From an uncultured bacterium (GTDB lineage Bacteria > Cyanobacteriota > Cyanobacteriia > Cyanobacteriales > Oscillatoriaceae), in the NCBI GenBank assembly GCA_964405435.1, contig CAYOOD010000065.1, forward strand, positions 1-43,440: DNA of 43,440 nucleotides. Direction: 5' to 3'. The position numbers and the translations under genes are program-made. Position 1 is the stretch's first letter. Every line of letters begins with the position of its first letter. The notes beneath the pieces were generated by a model that saw nothing but the letters and a program-made list of their open reading frames with translations, was not told the origin of the DNA and did no database searches. Below are positions 27,177 through 36,376 of this stretch, one piece after another.

Positions 27177-30100
27177 TCAATCATCGCGGCTTTGCCAGTT
27201 ATAGCAGGACTGTTTGGCTCGCTGGTAGTTGGCATCGAGGGCGGGTTCTAAGAGCAAAATAGCGGCGATGCGGCGAGCGATATTCGTCACTGTGCTGACT
27301 TCTTCGGGCCAGAGCGATCGCCCCAATATTTTTTCCTCCCGATAGCTCAGCCATTTTTTAATCACTTGATAGCCGCCGATGGTATAATCCCAAACCTTGA
27401 TCGGGATATTTTTCCAGCAGGCGCGATCGTTCAGGTAAATGTCGCAAGTGGTTGCGCCGAGCTGCTGCATAATTTCCACAGCGGCGCATTCTTCAGGGGT
27501 GTAGGAGCGCTTGAAAATTTTTCCCTTCCCCGGCATGGTGACGCCTCCCTTTCCCGCATACCCCCAACCGACTGTAATTTTTAAATCAGTATCGGCTGGA
27601 GAAAAAAGCGCGATCGCCTGCAATTCCGGGCGAATTTCCCCCGATGTCGCGCCAGAAACCCCACATTCTATATCCAGCAGCGCCGCCACTTGACGCCCCA
27701 ATTCTGATGAAGCAATTAACAATTCTTTGGAATCGGGCAGGGGAATATGGGGCCAATTTTGGCGAATGCCGTCCGCATTTTCTTGTCGGTAAATTGGCGA
27801 ATAACCCACAGCCAAAACGTGCCGCCAAATTAAGCCGGCTGTTTCCGCATCCGCGTCAGGGTTGCAGATATCCAGGCGATGGAAATACGCGCGAACGGCT
27901 GGGGAAAGATTGGCAGTTGGTGTCGCATTTTCTATTTGACAAATGCGGAAAGGAAAATGATAGGAATGCCCCCGCATTAAATCAAAATCACCCAAAGATG
28001 TGATAAAATAAAACGGGACACCTTCACGGCTAGCTGCACTGTTTGGGCGGCTGACTAAAAAAGCATTGTCGGGGAACTGGTGAATGAAAAGGGAGGGGCG
28101 GGGTTCGTTCCACAGGGGGCGCAGTGAAGTATAATAACACCATTTTAATTCATAGGGACGCAACGCATAGCGCATCAGTTGTCGCTCGTCATAGCGTTCT
28201 AAATTTAAAGCTTTTTTTCTGGCTTTCTCGGCATCGAAGCGGGCAGCATCTCGCGTCAAACCCGCGCCAGAGGCTTTGAGTTCCTCCCAGCTAACGGAGG
28301 AGTCAAAGTATTTTTGCATTCGCTCGGCAAGGGCAAATCTGTCACTGTCAATCAAACTATAGCCGCGATTTTCTTTATAGCCCGTAATGGGAGAAATCGC
28401 GCATAGATCTGTTAACTTTGGCCATTTTGAATAGGGGGTATTTGCTTCGCAGGGGCGGAAAGAGTAGCGGTTATTTTTGGTTGGGTTGACAATCTGATAC
28501 TGAGCGTTAAAATCTGCAACGTGCAGGCTGGCGAGCAAGTCAGATCGTTTTTTTGTCCCCCAAAAATGGCGAAATCGGACGATAGATTGCTCGGAGGTAT
28601 CCGCCAGGCACGCCATCAAAGCGATCGCAGTTCCGACGCGAATGCCTTGCGGGTGATATTCTGTAGAAAAAACGCTGGGATCGGCTTTCCCTTCAGGCGT
28701 AATTTTTCCGGTTTCGCGGCTGTCTCCATTCAAACAATCAAACCAGAGTTTGTCAAATTTTTCGAGCAATCGCTGCCGCATGACGGCGAAAGAGGGTTCG
28801 CTCAGATAGGAGAAATTTGAGAGGTAGCACGCCACTGCCCTGCTGTTATTTTCTGCAATCCACTGTTCGGCTAAACGGAAAAAGCGAATGTAGAGATCGT
28901 CGAGATTAAATTTCCGGATTCCCCACTCGGCATTCAGCCCTTGTTTGTAGGAGTCGGCGAATTCTCGTTCGCCTTTCAAGCCGATATCGGCAAAAGCGTT
29001 GTACGGGGGATTGCCTAGAATTACGAGAAGTGACTGAGAAGGAATGGGCGGTTTCCAGTTTGTGAGTGCATTGGCGAGATAAAAACCCGATCGCTCTTTT
29101 TCGCCAGACAAAGGCACGCCAAGGTTTTGCAATAGCAGCCCCAATTGCAAGTGAGCCACGACAAGCGGGGCTGTCAAGATGTCGCAGCCAAAGAGCCGCG
29201 CGATCGCTGCTTGTTTGACATCGCCTCCGGCGGCAGCAATGCAGTTTAAAACTTCGACTAAATACGCCCCGGTTCCGCAACAAGGGTCTATAATAAAAAC
29301 ATTGGGATTTGCCAAACCGTTTTCGATTTTAAAGTCTTCCCGCAAAACGGTATCGACGCGGGCAACCATATACTTGACAATTTCACGGGGAGTGTACCAA
29401 ACGCCCAATTCTTTGCGCAGTTGCGGATCGAATGCTTGCAGGAAAGGTTCGTAGAAATACTGAACGGCTTGCGTTTCGTCAAACTTAGAAAAAAACGCGG
29501 CGCGATGGCAGCGGTTGAGGGCTGCTGCTGCTCGCTCCAGCACTTCGGTTAAGTCTAACACTGCGCCGCCTGGAGGCTCTGCCTCTAGATAAGAAAAAAT
29601 TGCCGAAATTTCCGGCATCTGAAGATAGTGGGGAGTTGCCTTCCACTGAAATTTATCGGAGCGGGTGGGGTTTTCTCGGTGCCACAGTACCCAAGCGGAA
29701 AAGATGCCGTAAAAAAGCGTTTGAACGAAAGTAGAACAGAAGAAATCCTCGCCTGATTCTCCTTTAAATTTAACGGCTAGCGTTTCTTCAAACGCCAGGT
29801 GAACCGCAGCCAGCGCGGGAATATTAATCCGAGCCATTCGAGATTTAGCATCGCGGGCGAAAGACGCCAGAAACCAGGCTAAATCTGCCGGAGTCGCGAT
29901 CGCTGCAGCGTGGCGCATGACGCGCTGGAGGTAGTCGAGAAAGCGATCGCCTTCTGAAAGCGCGATCGCAGATGCACTGACACTCCAGAAATCCGCTTCG
30001 TTCTCGGCGAGGCGATAGCGTTCCACCAGCACCGGTTGCCGGTTCGCATCCCATTCGATTAGAATAAAATCGCGGTAATTGACAACCAAAACGAGGCGAT

Positions 30101-30437
30101 ATTGCTGCAAATCCCCGGCAAGGCGATCGCTGCGGGCAATCTCCCAAATCTCCTCGCCAGTCTCCCGAATCTCAATAACGCCGCGATCGCAATTTTGCCA
30201 GTCGAGGCTGGCTTTGTCCGAAACCTTGCGAAACTGGCTGGCACTGAAGAATCCCCCATCGGGAATTTCCGCGTTTTTGGCGTTTCTGCTGACCGTGCAG
30301 CAAACCCTCGGCTTGAGCGTTTTGCCAACCTCGTTAAAAAGAGTTTCTAAAGCGCTGCGGCAGTCAATTTCGGTGGCGAATCCGCCAGAGGAACGGATGT
30401 CGCGCAGGTGACGGAGGTAGATTTCGAGCCAATTCAT
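27177..30437 (-). CDS. MmeI-like single-chain restriction-modification enzyme (type IIL/IIG). It combines an N-terminal PD-ExK-like domain, a gamma-class N6-adenine methyltransferase and a C-terminal target-recognition region, and it is an orphan.
   Basis: N-terminus parallels MmeI: 'D-WQNCDRGVI-E-I-R' (D-x9-E-x-R) and 'YRLVLVVNYRDFILIEW'. Motif X 'FYEPFLQAFDPQLRKELGVWYTPREIVKYMV'. Motif I 'VFIIDPCCGTGAYLVE'. Motif IV 'LVILGNPPYN'. No BREX or R/S partner genes adjacent. Confidence 0.75.
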   Translation of the reverse strand: MNWLEIYLRHLRDIRSSGGFATEIDCRSALETLFNEVGKTLKPRVCCTVSRNAKNAEIPDGGFFSASQFRKVSDKASLDWQNCDRGVIEIRETGEEIWEIARSDRLAGDLQQYRLVLVVNYRDFILIEWDANRQPVLVERYRLAENEADFWSVSASAIALSEGDRFLDYLQRVMRHAAAIATPADLAWFLASFARDAKSRMARINIPALAAVHLAFEETLAVKFKGESGEDFFCSTFVQTLFYGIFSAWVLWHRENPTRSDKFQWKATPHYLQMPEISAIFSYLEAEPPGGAVLDLTEVLERAAAALNRCHRAAFFSKFDETQAVQYFYEPFLQAFDPQLRKELGVWYTPREIVKYMVARVDTVLREDFKIENGLANPNVFIIDPCCGTGAYLVEVLNCIAAAGGDVKQAAIARLFGCDILTAPLVVAHLQLGLLLQNLGVPLSGEKERSGFYLANALTNWKPPIPSQSLLVILGNPPYNAFADIGLKGEREFADSYKQGLNAEWGIRKFNLDDLYIRFFRLAEQWIAENNSRAVACYLSNFSYLSEPSFAVMRQRLLEKFDKLWFDCLNGDSRETGKITPEGKADPSVFSTEYHPQGIRVGTAIALMACLADTSEQSIVRFRHFWGTKKRSDLLASLHVADFNAQYQIVNPTKNNRYSFRPCEANTPYSKWPKLTDLCAISPITGYKENRGYSLIDSDRFALAERMQKYFDSSVSWEELKASGAGLTRDAARFDAEKARKKALNLERYDERQLMRYALRPYELKWCYYTSLRPLWNEPRPSLFIHQFPDNAFLVSRPNSAASREGVPFYFITSLGDFDLMRGHSYHFPFRICQIENATPTANLSPAVRAYFHRLDICNPDADAETAGLIWRHVLAVGYSPIYRQENADGIRQNWPHIPLPDSKELLIASSELGRQVAALLDIECGVSGATSGEIRPELQAIALFSPADTDLKITVGWGYAGKGGVTMPGKGKIFKRSYTPEECAAVEIMQQLGATTCDIYLNDRACWKNIPIKVWDYTIGGYQVIKKWLSYREEKILGRSLWPEEVSTVTNIARRIAAILLLEPALDANYQRAKQSCYNWQSRDD

Positions 30438-30446
30438 TGTAGCACG

Positions 30447-31496
30447 TCAGCCCTTTAATTCAATATCCCTGCCCCGCAGGCTATCTGCGGTATTTTTGAT
30501 AAAACTGGCGAGCGGTACGGCAATCAACAGCCCCAGCACTCCTCCTAATTTAAATCCTAGCAGCAACGCCACCAAAATCCACACCGGATTTAATCCCGTG
30601 AACCCCCCCAAAACGCGAGGAGCGACAATATTAGAATTTACCCAATCAATGGTAAAAGCAACAATTAAAACTTTGACGCCCAACCAAAAATCTTGCAGTG
30701 CCAGCAGCAGACTGACTAAAACGATACCCACCCCCGTCACCAGCGGGAAAAACGCCATAAAACCGAGGGCGAACCCAAACAGGAGGGCTAGAGGCACGTT
30801 TAGGATGGAAAATGCCAGCGTGATTGCCAGCCCGCTCGCCGCCGCCAAAGTCGCCTGACCGATAAAATAATTGTGAAAATTCTGATAGAGCGATCGCCGC
30901 ACTTGCACCCCCAATCGAGAAGGGAACCACTGAAAAAGTCCGTCCCAGAGGCGCTCGCCGTGGAGGACGAGGTAGAAAGCCAGCACAGCCGTCAGAAAGA
31001 CATTGAGGATGCTGCCGATCGTGTCGATCGCGAAGCTGAGTACCGTTCCGGTGAGGGTTTGTATTTGCTCTGTCAATCGCGCTGTCACTTGTCCAGCCAA
31101 GCCGCTCAAATCAATCGGCAAGTTGCGCGTCAGAGCCCATTGATTGAGAATCAGCAATTGTCGGCTGCCCGACTCAATCCAACTGGGGAGGCGGTTGGCA
31201 AACTCATTTAACTGCTTCAAAAAAATTGGAACAAAAATCAGCCCTAAAGTCGTCAGCATGACGCTGCCAATTAGAAAAACCAACCACAAAGCATTCTCCC
31301 GCTTTACGCCTCGTCTCTGGAGAAATCTAACTGGATAATCCAAAACAAAGGATAATAAAATAGCAGCCAAAAAAATGCTAATTTGCGGTTGAAAAAAGTG
31401 CCAGAGCTGAATCAAGATCCAGCCATTGAGAACCGATAGGGGAAATCCCACCCCCACGACTAACCATTTTGGCAGTTTGTTAACGGATGACTTCAT
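30447..31496 (-). CDS. AI-2E family transporter (PerM/YhhT-like membrane protein)
   Basis: About 350 aa with about 8 predicted TM helices. N-terminus 'WLVVGVGFPLSVLNGWILIQL'. C-terminal helices 'VWILVALLLGFKLGGVLGLLIAVPLASFIK' are typical of the family. Confidence 0.7.
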   Translation of the reverse strand: MKSSVNKLPKWLVVGVGFPLSVLNGWILIQLWHFFQPQISIFLAAILLSFVLDYPVRFLQRRGVKRENALWLVFLIGSVMLTTLGLIFVPIFLKQLNEFANRLPSWIESGSRQLLILNQWALTRNLPIDLSGLAGQVTARLTEQIQTLTGTVLSFAIDTIGSILNVFLTAVLAFYLVLHGERLWDGLFQWFPSRLGVQVRRSLYQNFHNYFIGQATLAAASGLAITLAFSILNVPLALLFGFALGFMAFFPLVTGVGIVLVSLLLALQDFWLGVKVLIVAFTIDWVNSNIVAPRVLGGFTGLNPVWILVALLLGFKLGGVLGLLIAVPLASFIKNTADSLRGRDIELKG

Positions 31497-32006
31497 AAGC
31501 CTTTTTTTTATGGATTCGCTTGGGGCGTGGGGAGTGGAAGAGTGCTGAGTGCGTGGGAGCAGTGAGAGAGCGGGGTTGTAGGAGCGCGTCCCCCCAAGCC
31601 CCAGAGTGGGAGAGGAAAAGTCAGAACCGCTACTCTTTTGTCAGTATCTTGACAAAATGGGGACGATCTAGGGCAAAAAAATTATAGCAATGATAAACTA
31701 AGATACGGATTGAGCGCAACTTTGGGGCGATCTCCGCGCGCGCGAGAAAGCGCTCGCAGCTCGCGATCGCGCTTCACGCCCGCGCGATAGCGCTTGAGGC
31801 AGTGCAGCAGCCCCAATAATCTAAAAGCGTCAACTTGTAGCAAGTTCCCGCGCTCGCTGAACCCGAAAGAGTACGCAGATAATTGCAGCCATTCACCAAC
31901 ATCAGGAGTTATCCAGCCTTTCCGGGCGGCTTCCGGGAAGAGAAAGCAGGCTGCCACCAAAATTAAAATAGAGATAAAAAAAGACAGGGTTAGACAGGAG
32001 AGCGGG

Positions 32007-34295
32007 CTATTGACAGAGGCGATCGCGCCCCCCAGCTTTAGCTCGGTACAGAGCCTCATCCGCTGCGGCAATCAGGCTGGAGGCACTGCTGTTGGGAGCC
32101 GGCACCTGCGTGGCAACGCCGATGCTGAGGCTGACGAATTCGCTCGCGGCAGATCCGGCATGGGGAATTTTCAGCGCCTTGACGCTAGCCCGAATGGCTT
32201 CTGCCACGCACAAAGCCCCCTGCAAATCCGTCTCGGGCAGGATCGCGGCAAATTCTTCGCCGCCGTAACGGGCAACCAAATCAGCCGGGCGCTTCACGGC
32301 TTGGGAGATTGCTGCCGCTACTTGTTGGAGGCACTCGTCCCCCTTCTGGTGCCCGTAAGTGTCGTTATAAACTTTGAAAAAGTCAACGTCGCACAGCAGC
32401 AGCGAGATCGGCGCTTGTTCGCGTGCCTGACGACGCCACTCGTGCTGCAGGTACTCGTCAAAGCGGCGGCGGTTGGCAACCTGAGTCAGGTAATCGCACG
32501 CAGCAAGGCGCTGCAGCTCTCGATTCGCCGCCGCGAGTTGCTGGTAAAGTTCGGCTTGCTGAATGGCGATCGCTAACTGATTTGCCAGTTCCTTTAACAA
32601 CTCAATCTCCAACGACTGCCATTTCCGAGGCGCGCGGCTGTGATGGGCAACCAACAGCCCCCACAGTTGAGAGTGGGGAGCGTGCAGTAGGGGCGGTGTC
32701 CCCAACAGAGCCCCGCCCCCGCCATCGCCCCTGCGCGGGGAGTGGGGAGTGGAAGAAAAATTTTCTTGTGACTCATCGCTCCACACGCCTAAGTCCACAT
32801 TCTTTTTCAAAATCGGGACAACGAGCAAACCCCTCACCTGCAATTGCTCCAAGAAATCCAGGTGATGCGCGGCTAAATTCGCCGTATAAATATCTTCGAC
32901 CGCGAAAATGCGACCGTGTTGGTAGTGAGGAATGCAGCTTTTGGCAAAATCGGGATCTGTCAGGCTAGCGCCCAGCAGGGAGAAGGAGCGCTCGCCGATG
33001 GATTCGACGGCAACCGTGCCGCTCCAATTCTCTTGAAAGCGATAAATCAGTACCCGATCGGCGTGCAGGAATTGCCGTACTTGGGCAACGGTGGTGTTGA
33101 GAATGGTATTTAAATCTAGCGACTCGCGAATGCGATCGCACACGCTAGCCATCAACCGTTCCCGCTCTGCTGCCGCCAGCACAGCCGCTTCAGCCTGTTT
33201 GCGTTCCGTGATGTCAGTCACCACCACCATACCCGCGAAAATTTCGCCGCGATCGTTTTTCACCGGCAGAGCGTGAATGCAGTAATATTGGTCGGCATAA
33301 GACAATTCAGAAATCGTCGTTTCTCCTGCCAGAGCCGCCTGATAGATCGGATCGATTGTCTTGCATATCTGTTTGGGAAATACTTCCCGATTCGTTTTCC
33401 CTTCCAGCCGTTCGCGACTCAACCCCACAGAAGCTAGACCTTTTCCCTCTGCGATTAAATAGCGGCAGTTTCTGTCAAATAACACGACCGCCCCGTCAGG
33501 GAAATTTTGAGCGAGGGTGCGGTAGAGTTCTTCGCTGCGGTGCAGCGCCTCCAAAGCCTGCTGCTGCTCGGTGATGTCTCGCGTCGCTCCGAAAACTGCC
33601 ACCACCCTCTGTTGCGTTTCGTCCCAGACCGGGCGCACGGAATCGGAAACCCAGCGGATTTCGCCTTGTTTGGTGACAATCCGATATTTTGACGTTACCG
33701 GTTGGTTGTTGAGTACCTGTTGGAAAGACTGCTCGAGCTTGGAGATATCTTCGGAGTAAATCATCGCACGCCAGCCACCGCGACTGTTTAATTCAGACAT
33801 CGTGTAGCCGGTAATGCGATCGAAGGCTTCTGTTACCCAGTCTACTAGAACTTGGCCGTCAGGCGCGAGGCTGGCCATAAATACATAGTCCGAGGACAAC
33901 TCGCACGTCATCCGATAGCGCGTCTCGATTTGTCGCTGCTCGGTGACGTCTCGCGCGACTCCGCACGCGCTCCCTTGCGGCGATCGGCAGACGCGCCAAA
34001 CCAAAGTCCTATAGGTGCCGTCTTTGTGGCGGGCGCGCTGCTCGAAGGCGATCGCCGTTTCCCCATTGCAGCGCCCCATTGTCCGAGAGGCTGCCACATC
34101 CTCTGGATGCACGAACTCGTTCCAGGGGCGCGCCCTCAATTCTGCCGAACTCCAGCCGAGCACCTGCTCCCAGGCGGGATTGAGAGGCTGCAAGTACCCG
34201 TCTGCTCCCCAAGTGCAAAACAGGTCGCCAGAAATTTTTAACAAACTTTTCATCTCGGTCAGATCGAAAATGGCATCGGAAAACCCTGATTTCAT
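32007..34295 (-). CDS. Sensor diguanylate cyclase: PAS x3-4, GAF, GGDEF. Start taken at Met 'MKSGFSD' (34295); the ORF track extends to 34415.
   Basis: C-terminal GGDEF 'RRRFDEYL...LLLCDVDFFKVYNDTYGHQKGDECL...ARYGGEEFAAILPET'. GAF with 'LVVPI...LWGLLVAHH'. Several PAS/PAC modules ('DITEQQ', 'DITERKQAE'). Confidence 0.85.
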   Translation of the reverse strand: MKSGFSDAIFDLTEMKSLLKISGDLFCTWGADGYLQPLNPAWEQVLGWSSAELRARPWNEFVHPEDVAASRTMGRCNGETAIAFEQRARHKDGTYRTLVWRVCRSPQGSACGVARDVTEQRQIETRYRMTCELSSDYVFMASLAPDGQVLVDWVTEAFDRITGYTMSELNSRGGWRAMIYSEDISKLEQSFQQVLNNQPVTSKYRIVTKQGEIRWVSDSVRPVWDETQQRVVAVFGATRDITEQQQALEALHRSEELYRTLAQNFPDGAVVLFDRNCRYLIAEGKGLASVGLSRERLEGKTNREVFPKQICKTIDPIYQAALAGETTISELSYADQYYCIHALPVKNDRGEIFAGMVVVTDITERKQAEAAVLAAAERERLMASVCDRIRESLDLNTILNTTVAQVRQFLHADRVLIYRFQENWSGTVAVESIGERSFSLLGASLTDPDFAKSCIPHYQHGRIFAVEDIYTANLAAHHLDFLEQLQVRGLLVVPILKKNVDLGVWSDESQENFSSTPHSPRRGDGGGGALLGTPPLLHAPHSQLWGLLVAHHSRAPRKWQSLEIELLKELANQLAIAIQQAELYQQLAAANRELQRLAACDYLTQVANRRRFDEYLQHEWRRQAREQAPISLLLCDVDFFKVYNDTYGHQKGDECLQQVAAAISQAVKRPADLVARYGGEEFAAILPETDLQGALCVAEAIRASVKALKIPHAGSAASEFVSLSIGVATQVPAPNSSASSLIAAADEALYRAKAGGRDRLCQ

Positions 34296-34535
34296 GGATG
34301 CGTGCACTCCAAACGCGATGTCGATAAATATCGGACATTTCGCGGTTTTAGCCAGCGATCGCGCCAGCGCCGAGGGGCGATCGTTTCTCGTTTCCTTACT
34401 GACGGAAAACCGCACTTGGCTGCGATCGACGTCACATCAGAGCCATTCTCGTCATCGGCTTGGAGGGGCGATCGCGCCTCCAAGCGTCTAAGATCGGAAA
34501 CAGAGCCTTATCGCGCCGTTGCGTCGCCGTTGCCC

Positions 34536-35297
34536 ATGCCAGCCACCACACACACCCGCGCCTCTCACTTAGAGATTACCTGGCCCCTCCTGCCCGATGA
34601 TTTTGTCCTGCCAGACGACCCCGTGGAAGATACCGAACACAATCCATTAGCCACTGCCCTGAGTGAAGCGCTCACCTCAGCGCCCGAACTCCTGCAAGAC
34701 GCCCTCATCACCACCAACTTTGCCCTGTGTGCAGGCGTCAACAACCGCACCACCTGCAAAGCGCCAGACTGGATGTATGTACGTCCCGTTCCAGCTTGGC
34801 CCCATTCCCATCCCCGCCGCAGCTACACCCCCCACACTGAAGGGCCAGTCCCTTTGGTCGTGATGGAATTTCTCTCCGCTGGCGACAATGACGAATATTC
34901 CATGCAGTCGCAACAGCGCATCGGCAAGTGGTTTTTTTACGAGCGGATAATTCAGGTGCCGATTTACGCCCTGTTCCGAGCCGAAACCGCCGAGCTAGAA
35001 GTCCACGCCCTGGAATCAGGACTTTACCGAAACCAGACGCCCAATCCAGACGGGCGTTACTGGATACCCGAATTAGACCTATTTCTGGGAGTTTGGCAGG
35101 GAACGCGCTTCAGCCGCACTGGCGCTTGGTTGCGCTGGTGGAATGCGGCTGGCGAACTTTTGTTGTGGCCAGAAGAACGGGAGGCGCTACAACGCCAGCG
35201 TGCCGAGCAAGAACGCCAGCGTGCGGATGCTGCCGAGCAGCGAGCGGCACAACTGGCGGAGCGGCTGCGACAGTTGGGAGTCGATCCCGATAGTTGA
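34536..35297 (+). CDS. Uma2 family endonuclease (DUF820, putative restriction endonuclease-like fold) with a C-terminal coiled-coil tail
   Basis: 'LEITWPLLPDDFVLPDDPVEDTEHNPLATALSEAL', 'PDWMYV', 'LVVMEFLSAGDNDEYSMQSQQRIGKWFFYERIIQVPIYALF' and 'ELEVHALESGLY'. Start at ATG 34536; the ORF-track start at 34302 would overlap the divergent GGDEF gene and is rejected. Confidence 0.8.
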   Translation: MPATTHTRASHLEITWPLLPDDFVLPDDPVEDTEHNPLATALSEALTSAPELLQDALITTNFALCAGVNNRTTCKAPDWMYVRPVPAWPHSHPRRSYTPHTEGPVPLVVMEFLSAGDNDEYSMQSQQRIGKWFFYERIIQVPIYALFRAETAELEVHALESGLYRNQTPNPDGRYWIPELDLFLGVWQGTRFSRTGAWLRWWNAAGELLLWPEEREALQRQRAEQERQRADAAEQRAAQLAERLRQLGVDPDS

Positions 35298-35318
35298 AGG
35301 CGCAGCCGAGAGAAAGCC

Positions 35319-35417
35319 CTATAGCGGTTTTCATCCTCGTGAGGGACTTCAGAAACCCGGCTTCTTCAAGAAGCCGGGTTTCTGGCATCTAATTCATCCA
35401 CCTGAAAACCGCTATAT
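35319..35417. repeat. Nested palindromic element. An outer 15-bp inverted repeat (CTATAGCGGTTTTCA ... TGAAAACCGCTATAT, 14/15 match) encloses an inner 16-bp perfect hairpin AGAAACCCGGCTTCTT-c-AAGAAGCCGGGTTTCT (35351-35383). It is MITE-like or a compound terminator.
   Basis: Read directly from the sequence. The inner hairpin is the same family as those at 37808-37840 and 27121-27151. Located 3' of the Uma2 gene and 5' of ccdA. Confidence 0.55.
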
Positions 35418-35595
35418 ATTCCTAAGCAAATAAACTTTTTTATTATTTTTTTATGGCTAATATCCGAGTCGTAACTATCAACAATTAACGCAATTTAGTT
35501 GAGCTTTCGAGGATGACAGGGCGATCGCCTTCCCTATTTCCCGGCGAGACCGATCGGGTTACAATCCAATAGAGCGGGAATTCTCACAAGCCAGC

Positions 35596-36333
35596 ATGAT
35601 TGAAAATCTGCAAACTCAACTCTATCACCTCCAGCAACTTGCCAACAGCCTCGTCACCACCCAGCTAACTCACCTCACCGGGCTGAGTGTCGGCGTCTTA
35701 TTTATCGCCGGCTTGCTCACCAGCTTGACGCCGTGCATGTTGTCCATGCTGCCCATCACCATCGGCTATATCGGCGGGTACGAAGCCAAAAGCCGCCTGC
35801 AAGCAGCCGCCCAGTCCACTTGGTTTTCCCTGGGCTTGGCAACGACGCTCGCCGGGTTGGGAATCCTCGCCGCGATCGCCGGCTCTGTTTACGGGCAAGT
35901 CGGCGTCGGCTTGCCCATAGTCGTCAGCATTGTTGCCATCATCATGGGGCTGAACCTCCTCGAAGCCCTCCCCCTGCAGTTGCCCTCCTTCGGCGGCATG
36001 GAGTGGATCTCCCAAGAATGGCCCGATGGTCTGCGCTCCTACCTGTTGGGACTCACCTTTGGGCTAGTCGCTTCCCCCTGCAGCACCCCCGTGCTGGCAA
36101 CCCTGCTGGCTTGGATTTCGACCACAAAAGACCCGATTTTAGGCAGCGCCCTGCTCCTCTCCTACACCGCCGGCTATGTCGCGCCCCTGATTCTCGCCGG
36201 CACCTTTACCGCTAGCATAAAAAAATTGCTGGAGTTGCGCCGATGGTCGAGCTGGATTACGCCCGTCAGCGGCGCGCTCTTAGTCGGATTTGGCGTATTT
36301 TCCCTGCTATTTCGGCTGATTCCAGCAGTCTAG
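35596..36333 (+). CDS. ccdA: Cytochrome c-type biogenesis protein CcdA (thiol-disulfide transporter)
   Basis: Polytopic membrane protein with the two conserved Cys in 'LTSLTPCMLSMLP' and 'LVASPCSTPVLATLL'. Conserved synteny with ccs1 directly downstream. Confidence 0.9.
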   Translation: MIENLQTQLYHLQQLANSLVTTQLTHLTGLSVGVLFIAGLLTSLTPCMLSMLPITIGYIGGYEAKSRLQAAAQSTWFSLGLATTLAGLGILAAIAGSVYGQVGVGLPIVVSIVAIIMGLNLLEALPLQLPSFGGMEWISQEWPDGLRSYLLGLTFGLVASPCSTPVLATLLAWISTTKDPILGSALLLSYTAGYVAPLILAGTFTASIKKLLELRRWSSWITPVSGALLVGFGVFSLLFRLIPAV

Positions 36334-36376
36334 TCGCTTGCCATCCGTATTGCCCCTTCCCCATTCCCCTTGAGAA

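Noticed and set aside
31794-32576. 260-aa plus-strand ORF spanning the AI-2E/GGDEF intergenic region and the 3' end of the GGDEF gene. Minus ORF 31682..32071 falls in the same region.
   Set aside because: It is antisense to the well-supported GGDEF domain, and its upstream half lies in a purine-rich non-coding tract. No motifs.
34296-34415. N-terminal 40 aa of ORF 32007..34415 ('MRFSVSKETRNDRPS...')
   Set aside because: The PAS domain begins just after the internal Met 'MKSGFSD', and starting there leaves a sensible divergent promoter region. The upstream extension has no support.
34302-34535. N-terminal 78 aa of ORF 34302..35297, the proposed Uma2 extension
   Set aside because: It overlaps the divergent GGDEF gene and intergenic DNA. 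The conserved Uma2 domain begins right after Met79 (ATG 34536).
35733-36215. 160-aa alternative-frame ORF within ccdA, and the similar 119-aa ORF 36418..36777 within ccs1
   Set aside because: Both are frame-shifted shadows of membrane-protein genes with clear family signatures in the annotated frames.
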